From: Kiritimatiellia bacterium
GTDB lineage: Bacteria > Verrucomicrobiota > Kiritimatiellia > RFP12 > UBA1067
Assembly (NCBI GenBank): GCA_045600365.1
Contig: JAZRXT010000164.1
Location: forward strand, 1-60,761
Direction of reading: 5' to 3'
DNA length: 60,761 nucleotides
The position numbers were made by a program, and so were the translations under genes. Under the pieces are notes generated by a model, which ran no database searches, was not told the DNA's origin, and worked only from the letters and a program-made list of their open reading frames with translations. Shown here piece after piece: positions 52,765-60,761 of the stretch. How positions within the stretch are numbered: the stretch's first letter is position 1; each line of letters begins with the position of its first letter.

Positions 52765-53288
52765 AAAACTCCTTTTTGTTGCAGATAATTATAGCAAAAA
52801 GGAGTCGTACATTCAAGAAAAATAGTTGAATCCAGACTAGTCGCAGGTGCGTTTTTTTCTGGTGACATCCATTGGTCCTTCTCGCCGGGTATGGCCGATC
52901 GGCCTAGCGACAACGAGACGTCATTCGAATTCACGGATATCGAACTTATCCGGTAGGCATCGCCCGGCACGTCGTCGCTGCCTGGCGTTGCATCAGTTCC
53001 GGAAAGACACAATTCAGGAACCGACATCGCGCTCATCGGCTCAGACACTCCATCAATGCCATTTGTCTTGCTTCCGCAATAGTACGACGAATGTGCACAT
53101 AACAACACGAAGACCACAATTCGGGGAAGGCCGCAGAAACGAACAGGCGGGAACCGTCCAATGACAAATCTCGACAATATTCCTAACCCAAGAAACACAC
53201 ACACCCAGGCCAAAACGACCCGAATGCCGTTCAGGAAACGAACAATCTCGGACAGATCGCCAAACATCACACACATTCCACACCGCAA
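52755..53288 (-). CDS. Hypothetical membrane protein. Doubtful call in a lower-GC spacer.
   Basis: The only long ORF in a roughly 550-nt lower-GC gap. It has two hydrophobic segments (VVLAWVCVFLGLGILSRFVIG and IVVFVLLCAHSS). Its 3-prime end runs through the promoter and start of the next gene. There is no clear RBS. Confidence 0.3.
   Translation of the reverse strand: MRCGMCVMFGDLSEIVRFLNGIRVVLAWVCVFLGLGILSRFVIGRFPPVRFCGLPRIVVFVLLCAHSSYYCGSKTNGIDGVSEPMSAMSVPELCLSGTDATPGSDDVPGDAYRISSISVNSNDVSLSLGRSAIPGEKDQWMSPEKNAPATSLDSTIFLECTTPFCYNYLQQKGVLCR
52768..52805 (-). promoter_or_regulatory. Perfect 11-bp inverted repeat enclosing a TGCTATAAT extended -10 box. The proximal arm contains the SD of the 52764 gene.
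   Basis: ACTCCTTTTTG at 52768-52778 and CAAAAAGGAGT at 52795-52805. The -10 is at 52788-52796. The minus strand reads ACTCCTTTTTGCTATAATTATCTGCAACAAAAAGGAGTTTTATG. Confidence 0.55.
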
Positions 53289-53310
53289 TGGTACTAGGTG
53301 TTACCTCCCT

Positions 53311-55362
53311 TCACTTCGTCTCAGGATTTTTCCACATCCTCCTCAATGCCTCAATCTGCGCGGGGTCGCCTATCACCACGGTCTCGTCGCCAGGTTCAAA
53401 GACCCAGCCCGGACCAGGGTTGCGGAAGCGCTCACCGTTGCGCACCACGCCGACGATGCTAGCACCGGTACGGGCGCGAACGTCAAGGGACTTGATCGAT
53501 TCGCCGATCACCGGCGAGCCGGCCTCGGCGATCACGTGCGAATAGTAGTCGCTTGGAACGGTGAGCGTAATCGACTTGTCGGCGTCGAACTTCTTGGCGC
53601 GGCGCGCCCGCCGCCGCTCGGCGCGAATCGCCTCGTTGAAACGATACCCCACCGCGCGTCCGGCGCACCGGAAACGCTTCCAGCCGAAGACCGCCGCCAC
53701 CGCAAGCAGCACCCATATCGCGATCTTGACCGTCGGCTCCTTCGGCAGCAGATTGACGTTGAGGAACGCGATCTCGGCCGCATAGCCGATGATCGCAAGC
53801 ACGGTCACGAACATCTGCGTCACCAGCTGAACCGCCGTCTTCCAGCGCTTCGGCTGCCGTGTGCCGGTGAGCACGACGGCGATGTCGCGACCGAGCGAAC
53901 GGGCTAGACCATATGCGGGAATCAGCATCGAGATGCAGATCAGATTGAAGCCCAGACAGAAGAATGCCCGCTTGTGTTCCTCGAAGAACTTCGAGAACTG
54001 ATCGTATTCCACGGCGTCGAGCATACCCGCCGCCACCCCCGCGCACAGGTTGAGAATCGCTATCACCGCCAGCCATACCACGCGGCTGCGCAGATGCTTG
54101 GACAGCTGCGACGGCACCGAGGCGCCGCGGAAACGCTCGAGCCAGTCGCGATAGGCGCCGAGCAGCCCCCTCAGCCGCTCCGGCATGTGGTTCTCGCACC
54201 AGTCGCCGACAGGGTCGGAAAGGCGAAGCATCATCGGATTGAGCAGCGTGGTCAGCAGCGAGGTGCCGACAACGATCTGGTACATCGGGCTGGAGACGTC
54301 GCCCGTGCGCGTCATGTAGATGAGCGCCACCATGAAGGCGAACTCGCCGATCTGCGCCAGCCCAAAGCCGGTCTGCACCGCATCCTTCACCTTCTGCCCG
54401 GCTAGCAACGACATCGTGAAGCAGTTGAACCCCTTCCCCACCATCACCAGCGCCGTCAGCGCCAGGATCACATGCAGATTGCGCAGGCACGCCATTGGAT
54501 CCACGAGCAGACCGATGGTTACGAAGAACACGGCGGCGAACATGTTGCGCAGCGGCGCAACCAGGGCCAGCAGACGGTTACGCACATCGGCGGAAGCGCC
54601 GAGGATGCCCATCAGAAACGCGCCCATCGCCACCGAATAGTCCAACTTCCACGCGATGAAACACACCAGGAAGCAGTAGCCGAGCATTGTCAGCAGCAGC
54701 GCCTCGTCGTCCCGCAGCCGCCCCACCTTGTTCAGCAGACGCGGCACCAAGACGAGGCCGAACACCAGAACGCCGACCAGAAAGGCGAACAACCCGCCGA
54801 GGCTGGCCCCCACGGCAACGGCGCTCACCCCCTTCCCGCTCGCCACCCCGGTGACGAGCGCGATCACGCCCACACAGAGAATGTCCTCGAAGATCGTGGT
54901 GCCGAAGATGTACTTTACGAACGGACGCGTTCCCCATTTCATCTCCTCGATCGTCTTCGCGAGCAGCGTGGTGGCCGAGTCGCAGATCGCCGCGCCCAGG
55001 AACAGGCTCGCAACGTTCCCCCAGCCAAGGACCCTGTGCCCGAAGGTGTATCCAAGATAGATCATCATCACCGTGTCGAAGACCGCGGTGGGGATGGTGA
55101 CATGCCCCACCTTGCGCATGTCGCCGGCGCTGAACTCGAGCCCGAGCGTGAACATCAGGAACACTATGCCAAGCTGGCCGATCGTGCCCACGCTGCCGGG
55201 ATCGACGAGAAAAGACCCTCCCCAGGTATGTTCGCTCATCAGCACTCCCGCCAGCAGATAGCCGATGACCTTCGGCCACCGCAGGCGGGAGAACACCGCC
55301 GAGACGATCCCGGCCGCCGTCATCAGCACGGCCAGGTCCCTGAAGAACGCCGCTTCCGTCAC
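53311..55362 (-). CDS. CPA2-family cation:proton antiporter (Kef/YbaL-like) with a C-terminal RCK_C/TrkA-C domain.
   Basis: FFRDLAVLMTAAGIVSAVFSRLRWPKVIGYLLAGVLM plus many TM helices. C-terminus GESIKSLDVRARTGASIVGVVRNGERFRNPGPGWVFEPGDETVVIG. The GTG start overlaps the metK stop (GTGA). Confidence 0.9.
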   Translation of the reverse strand: MTEAAFFRDLAVLMTAAGIVSAVFSRLRWPKVIGYLLAGVLMSEHTWGGSFLVDPGSVGTIGQLGIVFLMFTLGLEFSAGDMRKVGHVTIPTAVFDTVMMIYLGYTFGHRVLGWGNVASLFLGAAICDSATTLLAKTIEEMKWGTRPFVKYIFGTTIFEDILCVGVIALVTGVASGKGVSAVAVGASLGGLFAFLVGVLVFGLVLVPRLLNKVGRLRDDEALLLTMLGYCFLVCFIAWKLDYSVAMGAFLMGILGASADVRNRLLALVAPLRNMFAAVFFVTIGLLVDPMACLRNLHVILALTALVMVGKGFNCFTMSLLAGQKVKDAVQTGFGLAQIGEFAFMVALIYMTRTGDVSSPMYQIVVGTSLLTTLLNPMMLRLSDPVGDWCENHMPERLRGLLGAYRDWLERFRGASVPSQLSKHLRSRVVWLAVIAILNLCAGVAAGMLDAVEYDQFSKFFEEHKRAFFCLGFNLICISMLIPAYGLARSLGRDIAVVLTGTRQPKRWKTAVQLVTQMFVTVLAIIGYAAEIAFLNVNLLPKEPTVKIAIWVLLAVAAVFGWKRFRCAGRAVGYRFNEAIRAERRRARRAKKFDADKSITLTVPSDYYSHVIAEAGSPVIGESIKSLDVRARTGASIVGVVRNGERFRNPGPGWVFEPGDETVVIGDPAQIEALRRMWKNPETK

Positions 55363-56549
55363 TTGAAGTACGACCTCACCGCGCCCACGCGGTCAACCTT
55401 CTCCCAGGGGAATTCGGCGCGGCCGAAGTGCCCATACGCCGCAGTGTCGCGATAGCACCAGCCCTTCGGCTTCGCCAGGCCAAGGTCGGCGATGAGGGCG
55501 TGCGGACGGAAATCGAACACCTTGCCGGAAAGGATCATGCGCTCGATATCCGCATTATCGACGCCATGCGAGGTGCCGAACGTCTTCACGCACACCGAGA
55601 CCGGGCGGTCGACGCCGATGGCGTACGCCACCTGGATCTGGCAGCGGTCGGCGCAGCCGGCCGCGACCACGTTCTTGGCGGCATAGCGGGCGTAGTAGGC
55701 GGCGCTGCGATCCACCTTCGAGGGGTCCTTCCCGCTGAAGGCACCGCCGCCGTGCGCGGCCATGCCGCCGTACGTGTCCACAATGATCTTGCGCCCGGTG
55801 AGCCCGGAATCGCCGCACGGACCGCCCACGACGAACTTGCCGGTGGGATTCACAAGGAAGCGCGTCCTTGCCGAGACGAGTCCGGTGGGCTTGAGGAAGT
55901 CGCGCGCGATGCGCTCGATCTCCTCATAGCGCTTCCTGGTGGCGCCGGCCTCGGTGGTCTGATGGGAAACAACCACGGTGTCGATCGCCGTCGGAACGCC
56001 GTTCTCGTAGACGACAGAAAGCTGGCTCTTCGAGTCGGGCCGCAGCCAGGGGTATTTGCCGCTCTTCCTGAGTGCGGTGAAATGGCGCAGCAAGTCGTGC
56101 GAGAAGACGATCGGCGCCGGCATGAGCGACGGAGTCTCGGCCGTCGCATAGCCGAACATCATTCCCTGGTCGCCCGCGCCCTGCTTCTCGGCACGGCGGC
56201 GGTTGACGCCGCGTGCGATGTCGGGGCTCTGGCCGTGCAGCGCGGAGACGTAGTTGAAGGTGTTCCAGGCAAAGCGCTCGGCCGGGCAGTCGTAGCCGAT
56301 GTCCTTCACCACGCCGCGCGCAATGTCCTGGGTGTTCAGTTCCTCGAATCCGGCAGCGGTGATTTCGCCCATGTTCACCACCAGATCGGGGCCGACCATG
56401 GTCTCGCAGCCGACGTGGGCGCCCGGATCGCGAGCGAGGCAGGCATCGAGAATGGCGTCGGATATCTGGTCCGCAACCTTGTCGGGGTGGCCTTCCGAGA
56501 CCGACTCGGAAGTGAAGACGTGCCGAGAGGCAATCTTTTCGTTTTTCAT
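55359..56549 (-). CDS. metK: S-adenosylmethionine synthetase.
   Basis: MKNEKIASRHVFTSESVSEGHPDKVADQISDAILDA, GAGDQGMMFGYA and GGGAFSGKDPSKVDRSAAY. The ATG at 56549 is preferred over the GTG at 56552. Confidence 0.97.
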   Translation of the reverse strand: MKNEKIASRHVFTSESVSEGHPDKVADQISDAILDACLARDPGAHVGCETMVGPDLVVNMGEITAAGFEELNTQDIARGVVKDIGYDCPAERFAWNTFNYVSALHGQSPDIARGVNRRRAEKQGAGDQGMMFGYATAETPSLMPAPIVFSHDLLRHFTALRKSGKYPWLRPDSKSQLSVVYENGVPTAIDTVVVSHQTTEAGATRKRYEEIERIARDFLKPTGLVSARTRFLVNPTGKFVVGGPCGDSGLTGRKIIVDTYGGMAAHGGGAFSGKDPSKVDRSAAYYARYAAKNVVAAGCADRCQIQVAYAIGVDRPVSVCVKTFGTSHGVDNADIERMILSGKVFDFRPHALIADLGLAKPKGWCYRDTAAYGHFGRAEFPWEKVDRVGAVRSYFK

Positions 56550-56665
56550 CACTTTCTCTTTTCTTCGTACTTGCGAAGCGCATCCCGGAATTAACCGGTA
56601 CCACCGCGGCGTTTCCGCTCGGTTGGCGCTGCCGCCACCAGGCGACAGCTTCCGGATGCTTCGAA
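56550..56665 (-). ncRNA. Structured GC-rich 5-prime leader of metK. Candidate SAM-responsive riboswitch, class unassigned.
   Basis: The closing helix GCAUCCGGAA / UUCCGGGAUGC (56650-56659 with 56580-56590) can extend through CGAAGC/GCUUCG. It encloses the hairpins GCUGUCGCC-UGGU-GGCGGCAGC and CCAACCGA[GCGG-AAACG-CCGC]GGUGG. A downstream hairpin, CUUCG-CAAGUA-CGAAG, competes for the same GCUUCG segment just before the purine-rich SD region. Confidence 0.4.
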
Positions 56666-56672
56666 CACCTAT

Positions 56673-56681
56673 ATTCTACCA
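56673..56681 (-). promoter_or_regulatory. Extended -10 box TGGTAGAAT preceded by T6 (metK promoter).
   Basis: The minus strand reads GCGTTTTTTGGTAGAATATAGGTG, about 120 nt upstream of the metK ATG. Confidence 0.55.
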
Positions 56682-56697
56682 AAAAACGCACGCCACA

Positions 56698-59600
56698 TCA
56701 ATACAAAATCGGACGCATCTCGTAGCTGTGAGGTGGCATGGTACCGCTCATTCCGCGGAAGGACCACTGCTGGGGCTCGGAGGTGTAGTTGCAGAGGAAG
56801 AGAGCCTCCTCGCCCCGCGCATTTTTCCAGCAGCTGTGCAGCACGCACGGCTGACGCTTGCGGATGACCCTGGCGGCATCCTTCTTGGTGAAGATCATGC
56901 GGGCGAAGAACTCGACCTCCTTCTCGGCGCAAACGAAGCCATCCGGCGACGTCATCTCGCCAGCCCAGAGGAAGTCCTTGTGGTCGTGGTAGAAGTTCGC
57001 CGTGTCGAGCACGAAACGGTAGATCGAGCGGAACGCGGGATCATCGCGGTGCTTCGGACGCAGACTGCACACCATCGGCTGGGCACCCCAGATCAGCGGA
57101 CGCGCCATCTCGAGATAGAACTGGTCGGGATACAGTTCGTGCCACGCCTTCTCCTCCGCCGCCGGCCAGCGGTCGGCATCCGGCCATTTCGGATCCCACG
57201 GCGGGATCGCGTCCGGTAGTGCATAGTTGCCGAAGAGCGCGTACGAACCATGGTAGACGGCCGTGAAGAGCGGCACAATCTCCCGCACCGCGTCTCCCAT
57301 CCGCTCGCCGGAGGCGACATTGCAGATGATGCTGCCGTCACAGCGGTCCATGTAGAGCTCGGTGGAGCCCTCGGTGGTGAGCGGGAAGCCGGGGTGTTCG
57401 CGTCCGAGCCGCGCAAGCATCTCGCGGTAGCCATCGGTTACCGCGTGCCCGCCATTGCGAACGTGCCGGTGGGCGGGGTTCCAGCAGACATCGAAGCTGG
57501 CATTGCCGATCATATCCAGATACTGGCCGGTGAGACCGGCCCGATGCAGATTGCCGACGAGCTCGCTCATCGCGTCGTGGTGGGCCGGCGCCTCGCCACA
57601 CATCCACGCGAGCCGATGGTTGTTGTACTTGTTGAAGGCATACGCCCGCACATCGCCATTGCACCGGTGCATGAGCCCCGAGGCCTTGTCGGCCGTCCAG
57701 TGCATGGAATCGATGTCCCAGCACATCCCGTTCACATAGACCTGCGAGTAGATGCCGCGGTCGGTGAGCCGCTTCACCGACTTCGTGAAGGCGTCCACGC
57801 CCTCGCGAGGAGGCCAGAAGAATGGATAGTCGGTGTCGTAGGGGTTGCTGTGCCACCAGTACCAGTCGAGGGCGAGCTTCACGCGCGGCAGATCGTCCGC
57901 AAGTCGCTCAATGGGCGCGATGACGTCCTCCGCCAGCCCGCGATTCCAGATCCAGAGGTCGATGTCGGCAAGCGGATTGCGCACGAAGCGTCCCTTCGCC
58001 CAGCTCTGCTTCAGCGCCCAGGGCCGGTAGATGCGCGCCGCATCGAACCAGCCACCGCGGTAGAACTTCACGCCGGAAGGATACGGAATCCCGCCGGCGG
58101 CGACCGGGCGCTCGTCCATTCGCGGCACCGGATAGACGCCGCACACCGTGATGACACGGTCCGAAGACAGGCGTGTGCGCACCCGCTTGATGTTCCACGC
58201 GGAGTCGCGGTAGTCGAAGTATAACGACTCGGCCGACGGACGCAGAATCGCGCCGAACTGCATGGCGTTCATGCCCCGCGTGTGGTCGTACTTCCCCGGC
58301 TCGAACGTCTTGGAGGAGAAGGTGAAGCCCATGTCGGAACCGCCCCACAAGAACTTCGCATCCTGTTCGAACGGAACGCTCACCGCGGGGAAATGTATCT
58401 CCGCCACCGGCTGCGTTCCCGCATATCCCTCGAATCGTATCGTGCCCTCAAGACGTCCTTCGTCGCCTTCGATCCACTCGGTGACGACCCTGAATCCGGC
58501 ACCAGCCAGCGGATGCCCGGACCAGACGTCGACCATTCGCCCCCTCTTGTCAATGGTGCGCGAATGTTCCTTCATCTGGGAAGGCGTAATCTCGGTCTTC
58601 ATATCCGCGACGACCATCGCCCACGAAGGGCGCAGACTGTCCAGACGCCCAACCATCGACGGGGCTGCGCCCTCGGCGGCACTGTCCGCCTTCAACCAGC
58701 CCCTGACCTTCGGGGCGGCGAACGGAGGTTCGCCGTAGATGCAGACATTGCGGCGTCCGACGCCCTCGAAGTCGTACTCGATCAGCAGCGCACCCTGCCC
58801 GGCAAGAGCAGGACGTGGCATCAGCTTCACCACGGAGTCGGCGGCAAGCTCCGCATCCGCATCGAAGAACACCCGACCGGAATCAACGTCGGACACCTTC
58901 ACCCTCCCCTTCACCGCGTACGGGCGGTCGTTGACAGCCATGACGCCATCTACCTGCCCGTCGCACAGCTGCACCAGCTGCGGCTGGTTGACGAGCTTCA
59001 GCGCCGCATATGCCTTCTTCTTCCCGTAGTAGTAGTCGACGATGCCGTCGGAGATGATCGGCCAGCCGTCGCGCAGGTTCCACCACAGCATCCCCCATGT
59101 GCGGCCCTTGCGGCAGCGATACGTTCCCGCCCAGCACTTGAGCGCCTCGGCCTGGTAGATCTGCGAGAGCTCCGAGAACTCGGCCAGGTCGTCGGGCACG
59201 TTCCCGAAGAACGCCTGCACCTGGCGGACCATCAGGGCGTTGCGTTCGTTGAAGTTCTGGTCGGGATAGGCCGTTACCGCCTTGCAGTTCCACTCGGCGT
59301 TGAACTTCGTCTTGTCCGAACGGTCCGGCCATGGATATAGCCCGGCCGGCGTCATCATCCGCTTCAGCGAGTCGTAGTTGGGGCAGCCGTGGACGCCGGT
59401 CTCGCTCACGAACGCGGTGACGGAGTTGGTCCAGTACGGATGGCGGAAATACTTCTCGCGCGGCCCCCACAGATGGTCCTGCGAGAGTTTCACGCTCCAG
59501 GGTCCTTCCTTCGCGGAGACGCGCGTCATCTCCTCGCTCCACACCGGCGACGATGGCAGGTAGGAGGTGAACGGATCGAACTCGCGGAGCACCCGCGGCA

Positions 59601-60761
59601 GGATGTCGCGGCTGGTGCGCTCCAGGTCGGGATTCGGGGCGAAGGTGCGCCACGCACCAGCCATTGCGCGGTCGATCTCGTTATTGCCGCACCAGAGCGC
59701 CAGCGACGGATGCGCCCGAAGGCGCGTCACCGTCGCGATCGCCTCGCGCTCGAGCGCGGCGGCGAAATCGTCGCGCTGGGAAGGATAGACGTTGCCGAGC
59801 GAGAAGTCCTGCCACACGCAGATCCCGTTCTCGTCGCAGAAGCGGAAGAATTCCTCGTCCTCGTAGACGCCGCCGCCCCAGCTGCGGATCATGTTGCAGT
59901 TGAGGTCAACCAGCATTTCGAGGCACTTTTGCGCATGCTGGCGGTCGCGGGAGTGGAAGGCGTCCATCGGCGTCGTGTCGCAGCCGTGCATGTAGACGGG
60001 GCGGCCGTTGACGACGAAGCGGAACGTGCCCGGGTCGCTCTCGCACTTCCAGTCCGCGCGCTCCAGCCGCACGGTCCGCACGCCGACTCGGCGCGCGTCG
60101 GCGGCGAGCACCTCGCCGCGCTCGGAAACAAACTCGGTTCTGAGGTCGTAGAGCGCGGCCTCGCCCGCCTCCCGCGGCCACCAGAAGTCAACCTCGCCGA
60201 GCGAAAAGTCGTCACGGGTGTGCTGGAAATGGTATATCCGCTCCCAGCGCCGAACCACCCTGCCCTTGCGGCTGAGCGTATAGCGGAGCCTGGCGCGATG
60301 GAGATGGCGCCACGGCGCCTCGACACGGTAGTGGACCACGCATTCGGCCCGGCGTTTCGCCACGTCGACCGACTTCGTCGCGAATCCGAACTCGGTCAGG
60401 CGCACCGGCGGCACAACGGCAAGCTCGACGCTCTTCCAGATGCCCGCCGTCGCCAGCCGCGGCATGATGTCCCACCCGACCGAGTGCTGCGCCTTGCGCA
60501 GATACTCGAAGTCGCTGCCGCCCACGCGGTTGCGGCCCAGCAGACCGAGGGAGGGTCCGCCCAGGATCGACTTCAGTTGGACCACGAGGCGGTTCTCGCC
60601 GCGCAGCTTCCCGGTGACGTCGAATGCGACCGGCACGAACATGTTCGCCGACTCGCCGAGCCGCTCGCCGTTCAGGAAGTACTCCGCACGCGTGTCGACC
60701 CCGGCGAAGCGGAGCTCTACGCGGTCGCCCGCAGACGCCTCTAGACCGCCGAACGAACGCT
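56698..60761 (-). CDS. GH2 beta-mannosidase-like enzyme fused to a large uncharacterised C-terminal module. The 5-prime end lies beyond the window.
   Basis: The track ORF starts at an internal Met (60642), but the frame stays open to 60761 (SFGGLEASAGDRVELRFAGVDTRAEYFLNGERLGESANMFVP, the usual GH2 N-terminal strand pattern). ICVWQDFSLG, LWCGNNEI and FVSETGVHG are present. The C-terminal roughly 670 aa (56698 to about 58720) are unassigned. Confidence 0.9.
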   Translation of the reverse strand, partial: RSFGGLEASAGDRVELRFAGVDTRAEYFLNGERLGESANMFVPVAFDVTGKLRGENRLVVQLKSILGGPSLGLLGRNRVGGSDFEYLRKAQHSVGWDIMPRLATAGIWKSVELAVVPPVRLTEFGFATKSVDVAKRRAECVVHYRVEAPWRHLHRARLRYTLSRKGRVVRRWERIYHFQHTRDDFSLGEVDFWWPREAGEAALYDLRTEFVSERGEVLAADARRVGVRTVRLERADWKCESDPGTFRFVVNGRPVYMHGCDTTPMDAFHSRDRQHAQKCLEMLVDLNCNMIRSWGGGVYEDEEFFRFCDENGICVWQDFSLGNVYPSQRDDFAAALEREAIATVTRLRAHPSLALWCGNNEIDRAMAGAWRTFAPNPDLERTSRDILPRVLREFDPFTSYLPSSPVWSEEMTRVSAKEGPWSVKLSQDHLWGPREKYFRHPYWTNSVTAFVSETGVHGCPNYDSLKRMMTPAGLYPWPDRSDKTKFNAEWNCKAVTAYPDQNFNERNALMVRQVQAFFGNVPDDLAEFSELSQIYQAEALKCWAGTYRCRKGRTWGMLWWNLRDGWPIISDGIVDYYYGKKKAYAALKLVNQPQLVQLCDGQVDGVMAVNDRPYAVKGRVKVSDVDSGRVFFDADAELAADSVVKLMPRPALAGQGALLIEYDFEGVGRRNVCIYGEPPFAAPKVRGWLKADSAAEGAAPSMVGRLDSLRPSWAMVVADMKTEITPSQMKEHSRTIDKRGRMVDVWSGHPLAGAGFRVVTEWIEGDEGRLEGTIRFEGYAGTQPVAEIHFPAVSVPFEQDAKFLWGGSDMGFTFSSKTFEPGKYDHTRGMNAMQFGAILRPSAESLYFDYRDSAWNIKRVRTRLSSDRVITVCGVYPVPRMDERPVAAGGIPYPSGVKFYRGGWFDAARIYRPWALKQSWAKGRFVRNPLADIDLWIWNRGLAEDVIAPIERLADDLPRVKLALDWYWWHSNPYDTDYPFFWPPREGVDAFTKSVKRLTDRGIYSQVYVNGMCWDIDSMHWTADKASGLMHRCNGDVRAYAFNKYNNHRLAWMCGEAPAHHDAMSELVGNLHRAGLTGQYLDMIGNASFDVCWNPAHRHVRNGGHAVTDGYREMLARLGREHPGFPLTTEGSTELYMDRCDGSIICNVASGERMGDAVREIVPLFTAVYHGSYALFGNYALPDAIPPWDPKWPDADRWPAAEEKAWHELYPDQFYLEMARPLIWGAQPMVCSLRPKHRDDPAFRSIYRFVLDTANFYHDHKDFLWAGEMTSPDGFVCAEKEVEFFARMIFTKKDAARVIRKRQPCVLHSCWKNARGEEALFLCNYTSEPQQWSFRGMSGTMPPHSYEMRPILY

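Noticed and set aside
1-60761. Search for tRNA, rRNA, tmRNA, IS elements, integrases, phage genes, cas genes and toxin-antitoxin pairs.
   Set aside because: None was recognised by eye in any intergenic region or ORF translation. The only mobile-element-like signals are the short repeats reported above.

Overview
High-GC (about 60-65% by eye) chromosomal segment with almost all genes on the minus strand. The only plus-strand genes are the three at 37530-41051. No rRNA, tRNA, cas, integrase or transposase genes were seen. Two kinds of content alternate. (1) Very large secreted multi-domain carbohydrate-active proteins: 990-5156, 5275-7047, 8713-15972, 22835-27224, 31488-35963 and 56698-60761. 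These fuse GH9-like, GH20, GH127-like, GH99-like, GH36, GH2, CE4, FAD-oxidoreductase, beta-propeller and CXXCH modules. (2) Housekeeping genes: recN, htrA-like, recD2-like, lepA, proB, asd, an IMP cyclohydrolase domain and metK. The gene content suggests a glycan-degrading member of the PVC superphylum (Kiritimatiellota, Lentisphaerota or Verrucomicrobiota), but that is inference only. The regions that look accessory or unusual are:
- a decayed MmeI-family restriction-modification gene invaded by hairpin repeats (7574-8712)
- an AT-rich 1.5 kb island with a consensus sigma70 promoter and frame-broken lipoprotein-like paralogues (about 35990-37530)
- a tightly overlapped PHP / M20 / radical-SAM-SPASM / GH99-like-CE4 operon (24756-31427)
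- a MATE transporter fused to a SpoIIAB-like ATPase domain, followed by a STAS protein (43411-45426)
- a zinc-ribbon-EIIA(Ntr)-like fusion (51227-52060)
- a structured metK leader (56550-56665)
- a recurrent T-tract + TGGTAKAAT promoter box that sits 6-7 nt from several start codons
All family assignments come from motif recognition by eye. No searches were run.
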